64,000 nt of DNA from positions 3,880,760 to 3,944,759 of the forward strand of contig CM082576.2 of the NCBI GenBank assembly GCA_040954595.2, given 5' to 3'. The DNA comes from Balanoglossus misakiensis. Taxonomy: Eukaryota; Animalia; Hemichordata. Within the stretch, counting starts at the first letter, position 1, and each line of letters begins with the position of its first letter. This document shows positions 41,301 to 53,300 of the stretch, piece after piece. Position numbers and translations under genes: made by a program. The notes under the pieces were generated by a model, which did no database searches, was not told the DNA's origin, and saw only the letters and a list, made by a program, of their open reading frames with translations.

Positions 41301-44300
41301 AGAGAAAAGTTGTGACTGTTTGCTTGGTACAATGAGGGTCTTCTCTCTAGCACTTCTGTCAACTTGTCAAAGCCATCAAACAAAAACTGTATACACCAGT
41401 GTCAGATTGATGGATTCTTCTCACATACTAGAAAACAGGTTTTCATTTTAATTGGTATAGTGGCATGAAGTTGAAGCTGGTGATCTCATAAGGAAATGTT
41501 AAGGATATACTTGCAGTCTGTTGCAAAAAAAAATGTTTTCATAAACAAGAGCTTATGATGAAAGCTATGCTTTTAAATATGCTCCTGGCTTATTTTAAAG
41601 ACATACATGTAGCACTAAATCTGGATTCAATTAATCTGTTGCTGAAAAGTTTTCCAAACAAAAGGGATTGCCCAAGTGTACATTGTATTAAATACTCTCG
41701 CCGTACTCATTTCTTTTACCTCAAAGTGACCGGCATATAAAGCAGTAGAAATTAATTTCTATTGATCAGTCACGAACCTATTGACACCATTTCACTTGGA
41801 GTTTAATTGAGTTCCAGTGAATTTTCGATCGATAATATGAAAAAAAAATCCTCCAATATTGTGACACATTTTGCCTGCTGAGAGCATCGCAGTATCAGCT
41901 TCTGGTGGGACTTAATCGTCAAGAAGTATTTGATACCACATGAAAAGCAAAGTCAGAGACCTTTGGTGGCCTAGCCCCAACAGATCAGTATTGGCATCGG
42001 TAATACCCTGAATATCTGCCTTTATAAAGCTTCCATGTCTTTGCATGTCTTTTCAATATTTGCCTCCGAGATCTTTGTCCAATCTCTTTGCCACAATCAG
42101 GCATATCCCTCGCCCTGCCCAGCGCGTTATTGTCAGAATGCAGTGGGTGACAGAGGTGTCTTTGTAGTTGGTCTATTTGTCTCAGTCAAGAGCTATTGTC
42201 ATCCACTGTTAGGTCACTCATTATTATATGGGTCTCCGCTAGTGGTATTTTACACAGCAATGGAGCGAAGCTTTCTTGTCATCGACCTTTTTAATAAAAA
42301 AACAGATCGGATTATTCAGAGTTATGACTTTCTCTGAAGAGCTGACATCTAACAGTGACATATTTGCAGAAAGCGATTTGATTGCAGGCATATCTGTTTA
42401 CATATAGATGTGTTATTTTCGTCTTGTGCAGATATTCCAAGATCTTGGGACAGAAGTGCTAGATGCAGCCTTCGAAGGCTACAATGCCTGCGTGTTTGCA
42501 TATGGTCAGACGGGGTCTGGAAAGTCCTACACAATGATGGGAAAACAGGTAAAGATTGTAAACCTTTCACTTACATTGTTGATGTATTTATAATGGTACA
42601 TCTCAAAAAATCATAAACTTTTGCCCATATTCTAACCCCAACTACTTTTTTCACTTCACTCTTTGGTGTAGTATTGATTATAACATTGCAAAAAATGATA
42701 ATGGGAGATGTCTTAGCTTCTTACACAATCTTTTCATGCTTAAAATGAAAAGAATTCTTACAAGGAAAGAAGAGACTGTTATTTGGTCAAGGATGTTGCA
42801 TGCGGTGGAAATACCATAGTGCATATTGTGTAATCTCATCTGTCATTCATTGTGTTGAACCACTTCTGTTTCAGCATCTTGTGGAACAGGTTTTCTTACA
42901 TCACTGTAAAGTGATAACGACTGTGTTATGCCTCTGTTTGAGGAGGGATATGGGGGTGAAAACAGACAGAAATAATATATATAAGAGAGCAAAAACGTAG
43001 CTATAGCTGTCATAAGAAACTCTTCTGTTTATAATTTCTCTCCTTAGCTGTTTGTAACTTTATTCGTATTTCATTTTTCTTTGAAATTGCGCTTTCAGAT
43101 GGAGCTTGGTCTGATTCCCAGAATTTGTGAAGGACTTTGCAGCCGAGTTGATGACATCCTGGAAGAGGGTATCACTTTCAAGATTGAAGTCAGGTTAGCA
43201 ACCAGTCCATTGCTTAGCCTTGACCTTCCCTGAACAATACGTGTGTCAACACATGTTTTTCTTATTGCTACATCTACCGATAGACTTCCAAACCCTAATA
43301 AGTTAATATCGTGCAGATTATGGATGTTCTTCATGGTTTATTAAAAGTTCACAAAAGTCAATCAAATTCAAAGCTACAAGATGCTTGGTGCGCATTTCAG
43401 GTTTTTTATCACTTTGATTTCATACTTTTCATTAAAAATCACTGTTCAGTTAAATTTGAATACACTGTGATTTTCCACTCTTGTATTAAACTGCTCATAA
43501 TTCTTTGTCTCTTAACTTTTTTTTTCATGCATTGCACTGGCAACTTATTGTGCATTTCTTTTCTTTTTCTTGCAGCTACCTTGAAATTTACAATGAAAGA
43601 GTACGTGACTTGCTCCATGCACACAGGCAACATGCATACACACTCAAAGTCCGAGAGCATCCGATTGAGGGGCCTTACGTCCAAGGTAGGGTACAGTTTA
43701 CACAACTTCTGTGCAATACAGTAATACCACAGCCATAGTTCACTGCGGAAGATTGAATAGAGTGATAAATCGCATGAAAGATTTCAGCCAAGATGGCCGG
43801 CGACGGGTACATTTCGGCTGCCTAGTTACGGTGAACAACGAACACACACACACTTGAATCTGTACATAGGCCATGACCTAGATTTCAAGAGGGTTGGGTC
43901 AAAAAGTTTGATAACAAAAACTTACTGGCTGATAAGTTTGGAATCATTTAAACTAATTTTAATGGATTAGATTGAATCAGAGGGAACTATTGTGAGTGGT
44001 GACATATACAGTACTGTGTGTATGTTTGCTCAAAACACAGCACATATCTTGCTTTGATAGCCAGCACTGTACACAAAGTTTGATGAGATGCAACTCAGCA
44101 ATGAAATTCAACAGCAGGGAACAGATTGAAAAATCAATAGTGATATGTCAGAAGGTGTAGGAATGAAACCACAGCATTTGCCTGGGCTACTAAGCTATCT
44201 GTAAAAACTGCTCTGAGATGTTATATCAATAATGGGAAAAAGTTTCCAACATTTTGATGATTGTAATTACTGGTATTTATTTAAATCATCAAAATATATG

Positions 44301-47300
44301 CAACTGCCTGTAGCTTACTGAGGATGGTAATTAAAATGGTAGAAAAGCTATTGAAATCTATGTTTAGTGAAATGAATGCACAGCTCTCCACCAACTGTTG
44401 ATTTCACCAGTGAAAATGGTGGTTGGTTTCACATTCCTTGATATCAGGAAGTTGATGTGATAGAGTGTAATACAGTAGCTGTAATTATTGATCCTTTTTG
44501 CAGATTTGACATGGCATACAGTTTCTGACCTAGCTGCAGTGCAGATGCTGATCGACAAAGGCAATGCCAACAGGACAACTGCAGCGACACAAATGCATGA
44601 TGCAAGCAGCAGATCACACGCCATATTTACATTAAACTTTACTCAGGTAAGAATTCAAAGTGTCTCCCGCAAAGTGTCTTCCGTCTCCATAAAAGAAAAC
44701 ATTCCCTCACAGACTGGAATTTCTTTTGTTTGTAAATGCATAAACAAGTACTTCTGGAGTTTTATCCACTAGTAATGAGATTATAAAGGTAAGTGTGCAT
44801 CCGGATATTGCACAGTGAGTGAGACAGGGTTATAGATACTTGAAAACAGGCTACTTGAGACCTACTTACCGGGGCCCTATCAAAGTGAGTATGCGGGTGA
44901 GGGGGTCAGTGGACAACGCTGCCTGGATGGAACCCCCTTTTAGAAATTCAAGAGCTGTACCATAATCCTCTTCACAGCCTGAGAGTCTGTTTTCAGTGCC
45001 TTTGAAGCCCTTTTGTAAATACTAGTACAAATATACCTTGAGATATCTACATGTACAAAATGATGAGCAATTCTGCATTACCTCACTGTAGATTGTGGAA
45101 TTCTTTCTCTCATTGTTCTGTGGCCGTGAAATCTATCAAGTAATCTGTGCTGCAGTCCCTTGGCAAATAACATCACATTTCTTGAACTCATCCAAGAGAG
45201 CAGGCAAACATTGATCATCACAAAGTGTTTGCTTCATAGCTTTTACTTTTTACAGAAAGACTGTTTGAGGAGGTGCGACATCTTTTACTTTTACCATGTA
45301 TTTTTCATGGAATGTCATTTTTTCAACCCAAAGACCAGACTGTCAGTATTCCTGTGGGAGCAGTCTCATTTACAGACTTTATTAGTCTCTCTCCCCATCT
45401 CTCTCTCTCTCTCTCTCACTGGTATTGTATTCTGGGAGACCAATTTGCTGCCAGTAAACCAGAGAACTGAAAGAGTGAAGTTACGAAAGTGTACATGTCG
45501 TCATAATTTTTTTTTAAATATGACAAAGGAAGCCATTTGGTGTCTTCTCAGACTAATCCCTTATCCAAATTATTCTCTGAAGAACTTGGTGTTGAAAAAC
45601 CAAATACATCGGTTTACATTATATTGCTTGCTAATTAAATTGTCGTGGACACAGGTGTCTTTTATCGTCACTGAAAAAAAAAGACATGGAAGTAATCGTA
45701 ATCGGGTCTAAGTAGTCGCCACAGGCAAGCATGATGAATGATGTCACAATGGCACTGCCAAACAACAGTTCCAGATCTCCTCCAGCATGTCAATTCTCCA
45801 AAAAGACTGGCAGATCAAGTGCTTGAGTAACAAAACACTAAACCAATAAAGTTGTGCCCCCTAGACACACTCTAATGATCACACCGTCTTGTCACATGTC
45901 ATTTCATTGTCAGTAAGGAAACAGATGCAGCCAATCAAGAGACAATCTCTGTGTATAATCTACTAATTCTCAGTCTCTTTTTACCATCTTCTTGTTTCTG
46001 CAGGCAAAATTAGAAGACAATCTGCCCAGTGAGATAGTTAGTAAGATAAACTTAGTAGATTTAGCAGGCAGGTAAGTGACATCAAAAAAAAAGAAAAAAC
46101 ATTAAAATTACAACTTTTTCTTCATTATTATTAATGTTCATTATATTCTCTTTTGTGTTTGAGAAATTCAACTAAATCTTATTAAAACAGAATACCAGTT
46201 TCCATCAGTTCCTTTGTATTCAAATTTATTTTCACTTTTGCCATCATTGAAATCTTCGGTTCCATCTGACTCACTAGATTGAGAAGGCAGCTGATCTCTT
46301 TATTTTCTAAAGGATATTTACCCAATTAAATCAGATAAGATTTCCTTGTGAACAACTCTAAGTGTGATTCAATTCGAAGTCAGTGACCTTAATCAGACTC
46401 CAGGTCATGCTTTATGGAAGAAGAACATGACATTATGCAATGCCATACAAGACACGGTATTTTATTGCGTGTGTCTCAGGCATGGAACCGGCAATATTAT
46501 TTTCATGAAACAATTTCCACTTTTTTCCCTCCTCCACAACCTTCTACAGTGAGAGAGCTGATCCCAGGTACAGTCGGGGAAGACTTCTGGAAGGTGCTAG
46601 TATCAATAAATCGTTAGTCACGTTAGGGAATGTCATCTCCGCACTCGGTAGGTCAATTTCTTTGTCAATTTCACGACTTTTTTCTTTCCCTTTTGTCTCT
46701 GAAGCGCAGAAAAGCGTTCCAGAGATACGATTGGTTCTCCACTCCTGGGTCACCGAGGTCAGCCATACGACCTCCATCGCGCATAATGAGGCTGTATTAG
46801 GTTACCAAAGCTGAGTGTAAAAAAAGTGACATGAACGAAATACCAGCATGTAATGTTACACATGCGAGAGCTATGAGTCATCACCGAAAGTGACAGTCGA
46901 AAGTAGTCGTAGTCTTGATTTTATTCTAAGATTGCGCATCATCAAATATCCACATTATTCGGGAGAAATGACGCAAAGACAATATTTTTGGTTAGGATAT
47001 TTATGCTAAGTTTATTACTTATAGTAAAGAAAAACTGTTGATAAAAAAATATCGGCAGCAAATGTGCAAAAAACAGTGCAGTGAAAGTGATGTACTTACA
47101 ACATCAAAGTATACTGGTTTGTGGCTCATGTGCTTACTTTTAATACAATTAATAAAAAATCTGATCAAACTGGCTGACACGAAATTACAAAGTGAAATTG
47201 AGATGAGAGGCGAAGAAACGTGTCCTCCAGTTTGGTTTACAGATCACGGATCGTGATATACAGATCATGTTTCACCATGCATTGAACCATTCCCAACTCA

Positions 47301-50300
47301 ATATTCAAATCATGTCACATCACCACATCCACTCCTACTTGACCAATAATGTCATCTCTATTTGTCAAACTAATACAGTTGATCTGCTCTTGTTCTCATC
47401 CTACTTTTAACTCAAACACAATCATGAATTTTTTTTTCTCATTCTTTTGTCATCCTCCCCGAGTCTCACTTAACATTAATCCCCATTGATTCCTAACTCA
47501 GTAACCTGATCTCTGTCTGTATTCACTTTGAATTCCCTCGATTTCTGCTGTAAAACAATCTCCATATACCCATGCACCATCATAACCAGGAGAGAGTGAC
47601 TGGCTAGGTAAGGCTTGATGTTTCTCCCCCCATCCAACAACACGGATGGATGTGCACTGGTTGTACCGCAGTATTTGGTGTATGGGACTTTGTCTAGATC
47701 CGCTGTTAGTGGGTGGCCGGTGTTGTAACTTCATTAATAAATAAAAGTGGCATTTTTAGATGTTTTTTCCCAATATCTGTAGCAAAAATATTCGTATAAG
47801 TGTTGTGCGTCATGTCTGTTGCCCCCCTGTACTTTTTACCACAACTGCGTAGTATTGCTTGAAACGTTCTGGTGGCGACACTGTACGTACTATTCTACGG
47901 TGAACTGCATGCTTGTAGGCTTTTAGGTTCTTTTTTTTTTGTTATCAACTAGTGCATGTGTTTTTTAGGTGTTGTAGAAAGTGAGCACAACGTTTCATAT
48001 TTTTCTTTAATTTCACTTGTTTTAGGACAAAGAAAGAAAAATGAACAAACAAATTGTATTACTAGTATTCCATTGCTAGGAGAGCAGTTGATAGTACAAA
48101 TTAATATTGTAGGGTGGAGAGGTATTATTGTACACATTCCAAATTCCAACACAAACTAATATTCTGAACCCAAATGTTGCCCACTTTATTTGGACAGAAT
48201 TCTTGTTTAGATTGACAGTACACCTCCCTATTAGAGCTGATGACCCAAGATTTTTTGTAAACCTAAAACCTTGATGTTGTTCTGATGTTACAGCTGAGAA
48301 CAGTCTTTCGACTTCAGCAAGTCTGGAGAGTTTTTCCAGTGTTGGAGGTAGTGATGAAGACAGCAGTCCACGCAGTGTCAGCGGACGACGAAAGAATACC
48401 TATATTCCATATCGCAACTCAGTCTTAACATGGCTTCTCAAGGATAGCTTAGGTGGAAATGCCAAGACAATCATGGTGGCAAGTAAGTAGGAAATACCAT
48501 CCAGATCAAGATTTTGTTCTATTTTGAGCCTTTTCACCCCCAGTTCCCGCTTTAGAGGTCCAACTTCACCATAGAAAACAATGGATTTGGTCGGGACCAT
48601 ACTGTGATGAAAGGGCTAAAACAGTCTGGTTGGTTATCTGCTGTTATGATGATGCTCTTTGAATGATGTAAGATCAACATAATGGTTTTTTATTTTTCAG
48701 ATGAACACTAAATGCAACCATGTTCTGTTTTCGTTTCAGCCATTTCTCCTGCCAGTCACCACTACAATGAAACTCTGAGCACCTTGCGCTATGCAAGACG
48801 TGCAAAACACATCGTCAACAAACCAGTTATCAATGAGGTCAGTCTTTGTCAATATCACGGAAGTGTATTGCAGTCAAATCATTGAAAATCTTGTATAATG
48901 CTCTTCGACATTGCGTTCATTGTCTTCTGTTGAAATTTTATAGTGTTTATCTTGTCACCTAGTTATACGTAGATACCAGGTATGGTTGATTAACAGTCAT
49001 CTTACACTGACGTGATATTTCCTACATGGACAGAGTAGAATGTGACATTTGATATTATTTCTTGTTTCAGGATTCAAATGTAACACTCATCAGGGATCTA
49101 CGGGCTGAAATAGATAAACTCAAAACAATGTTAGAGAGAGCAAATATGGTAAGTTGGAATTGTTTTCAGTTTTAAATAGGTTATTGTCATGGACATATTT
49201 TTTGCACACACTCTGTGTGTTAACATACTTCTGGATGATTGAATTATTAATTTTTTTTTCTTGATCAACAGAGAGGATCTCAATCCTCCTTAGCAGGGGC
49301 TGGATCAATTTTTGAAATATTACACAAAAATGAAGAGAAAGTTGAGGAACTCACCTCTGCCTGGGTTGGCAAATGGACTGAAGCAGCAGCTATCATGCAG
49401 GTTGGTTTTAACTGTGCTACTTCAAAAAAGTAACATGTCAATAGATAATAAAATGGGCACTATACCGCCTTTCGTTTATCCAACTTCCCTTACTTTACAT
49501 ACATACATACATGCAGAAATTACTTGATGTGACAAAAACAGTTCATGTAGTGATTAGCGCTGTGTTGTTGTAACTAGTTTATTCTTGTTTTATATAGGAA
49601 TGTAATGTAGGAATTAGACGAAGTAATGTTGGAGTGATTGTAGAGTCAGAACTACCTCATCTAATAGGAATGGACGATGATTTACTGAGTACTGGAATAA
49701 TTCTATACCACCTCAAGGTAAGTCTTTCTTCTGTCAATTGCTTTGTTCTCTGAACAGTCAATGGTTGCCGGGGTAGAATGTCCTGCCTTCACTGATCACT
49801 GTGTCACTGTTTTCTCAGTGTGTATTCATTGACACTGACAGAAGATTTGAATCAAATCTACGCTGTGTGACAGGACGTACACAGCTAGAAAACCACAGGA
49901 AGATTTCAGTACATGCCAGTAACAGGATACAGACCTGTACGATAGCCCCTGTAAACTGTATTTCAAACAATTCTATACAGTCACTGTCCTGTAATTCATA
50001 CTAAAATTAATCTCTTAAAATTAAAGCGAACCTGAAATTTAACCTTTTGATGTCCCCTGTTTTCAGTTTAACCTCAGTCTGTAGATTTTAGTGTTGAACT
50101 TTGTGTCGTATTGTGTCTCAAGTGGCATGAAAGGATAATTTGTGTGTCTGATGTTTTTGCATAACAGGAAGGAAAAACCAGGATCGGGAGAGATGATGGT
50201 TCGGTGCCAAAAGATATAGGTCAGTGTCAGTCTTCATCTTCTCTCATGACTATTCATCCCACACTGTCAGTTTATATCAATTAATGCTTGAAAAACAACT

Positions 50301-53300
50301 TTTTTGTCTATTATTTTTTATTTTATTTTTTGCTGTTCAGTTTTGCGAGGGCCAGGTCTTGATGAGGATCACTGTACTATCGTCAACAATAATGGTGTCG
50401 TAACGCTGTATCCAAATGCAGGATCACTCTGTGCAGTCAATGGCATAGACGTTACCTCGGAAACTCATCTAACACAAGGTAAGGTCAGGGGTTAAAACAG
50501 CTCCCCTCCTCCTACACCCGCATGTACTTGAATCCTCTCTCTTGGGCACAGTGCACAGGTCATGTGATTCAGGCATCACTCATTGATGGCAGTATAACAG
50601 GACTGTAGTTGTTATTTGTGCAGGTGGCATGCTAATGGGTGGTCGTGAGACCATAAATAGGAAAATGACCAAAGAAAAAGTTGTTCATTTTGACAATCTT
50701 CCTTGAACATTCAGTTTGTAATGATGGATCGCCAACATAACCAAGTCTTTCAAAAAATACAGCTGGAACACATTTATCCATACCAGTATACAAAAGGAGA
50801 AAAAGTTTTTTAAAACATTGCCTTCACCTTAAAAATGAAATGTCAAAAAGAAGCTTACTCGACCTGAAGCAGTTATATCGTTGACCGGTGCCAAGGACCC
50901 CATCACCAGTGATATTTACACTTTGTGAAAGGCGGGTCATAGTCCAGTAAGCATGAAATCAATTGCCCTGAAAGTGACAATACCTTGAAAGGTTACAAGT
51001 AAATCTTCATTATTTAGTCCGGGCCAGTTCATCAGGGAATCAAGAGACTGCGTTAAACCAACCTTGTAAATCAGGGAAGGCTATAATTCACGGCAGTTCT
51101 TTTCTCGTTTGTTTGAGGAGCTTCACAGATAGCAATGCATGAAGGGTTGGTGGGGTAGAGAGAGCTGAAGAACTTCTGAATATTATCATGAATTGGCTTG
51201 ATTCCGTTTCATTATTTTTCATCTTTTGCTTTGCATCTTGAAAAGGCTGGCTGGATTTATTAATTGCTGTCCATTATGAGACTGTTGGTCATGGTGCTGT
51301 CTTGCCTTTTAGTGTCCAACATTCATTTGGAGTCAAGCCAGATCTCCATAGCTGATGATGTATGTTCAGCTTTGTTTGGTGTTTGACAGTTTTGGGAGAA
51401 TTTTGTCAGTGCCCTGTTCAATCCATATCTGCTAGCCCGTCACTTTCAAATTGCCTTGACAAGGTCTGAAAAGATACAGAGTTTGAGTGTTTTTGTGTGT
51501 GTTTTGTCTTTGCTTGGCTATTGTGCATATAAGCTGCCATTCATGCTATCAAGTTTGTCTCAATTGTATATAACAGAGTTGAATGCACAGCCATATGCAC
51601 ACAAGACTACTCATTGTATCATACATGTACTATGGAAGAGTGACCAGTTGCTAAATGTAATTCGAGGGCGCCCCTAGTGGTGAAATGAAGATTTCCCTTT
51701 TACAGAGTCCCATCATCAAAGTTTGTGCAGCAGAGATTTTTTGTATAGCGCCCTCCTGTGGTAACAATTCATTTACTTGTTCGGCCATGAATGTGGCTAA
51801 AATTTGATGGAACATAAAATCTTTGGGAGGTGTTTGGAGGGTTTTTTTGTGGACAGCTTAGGGCAGCATTTCAAAAAAAAATTAAGCTGAACTGTGATGT
51901 TGTGAAATGATATTCTTTAGGGGGGAAATGCAAGGTTTTGCTTATTGAAATACTAGGATTTTATTAAAATGTTCATTCATGTTCATATTTGCTCCATGAC
52001 CCTGGGAGTACATAATTTTCGCCTTATACTCAACCAAAGGGATCTAGACTGATTGATTGAAAAAGACAAAAGCCTGGGTGTGACCCCACTGCATGATTGG
52101 GAATCTCATGGCACACTGCCAGCTGGCTGCCGTTTTGAACATCAATCATTCAAAAGTCAATAGCCACTCTGAGATCGTTGAAAGTCATCGTTCAGTTTGG
52201 TTGCCTACTGTGTGTGAGTGTCATTCTTCCGAAGTACAGCAAGCACCTGATCTTGTCCAAAATGTACCAATTCAAAGAGGAATAAATGGAAATATTCTAC
52301 TAGGCTATTCCTACAAAAAAAATTTAAGAAGTGTTGTTTATCATTAGATTTTTACCATTCATCACTTTAAGGTTGCTATACTCAGTTGTCTTGTGTAGAA
52401 ATGACGAGTGAAAAATTCAGAAATTGATGTGTGCAGAGTGATTTTGAGCCTACTCTACTGTATTTAGTGACAGGTCAACTTTGGCCAATTTATAGGGACA
52501 ACTTGAAAAGAGAACATTTTTCTACAATCTCTTCAAATATTTACAACCAAAGTGGAGTCGAAAGATGTTAGATACGAATGTATAAGGGGCTGTCAGAGAT
52601 GGAAGTCAGATAGCAGGCAGCAAAAATCTCTGTGTTGATGTGATTGTCACATATTATCACTATCTGGGTATGTACATGTAGGTCAGGTTGGCTTTCAGTA
52701 GCCTATGAGAGCAGTGGAGGTGTGAGGACCCATTCTCATCGTTCTGGCAGTAACTGGGCAAACCAGACAGCTATCCCATCGTGCACCTCTTTAATAAAAA
52801 AAGAGTTGTTTGGTTGAACTCATTAGGTCAACAAAGAACAAAAAGAAGTCAGTAGGTTTTAAGTCTGACTTAGTTTCTGAATTTTCAAAATTTTCCTTGC
52901 ATCAATTCTGTGTCGTTAAATGTAGAACAAAATATTTTTCTTGCGTCATGGAGAATTAACCTCTATTCTCTTATAAGAAATTAGCTAGAGTAGTGCAAAG
53001 TCTTGAGAAATTATTGTTTCATTTCCAACTGTCAGGAAAAGCTGATTCCGACATGTTGAATGTCTGATTTGCTTGTTGGCTGTAGATTTATTGACCTCAT
53101 TTAGGTTATTTAGTAATTACCGGGGCGACTCTGTGCACCTAAGAAATACTCCTAGAGATTGATGGATTTAGCAGCCTGATAAAAACTGAAAAACAACATT
53201 GTTTTGTTGTAGAGTTCATAACATAGCCCTAATACATTTGAAAGCCGGTGTATAAACGTATAATTATGCATCATTTGGTGTCCAAGGCACCCAGGCTGTA

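Noticed and set aside
45160-45711. 183-aa intronic ORF
   Set aside because: TTG start, F/L/C-rich composition typical of AT-rich intron, contains a (CT)n repeat, and is not needed for the kinesin frame.
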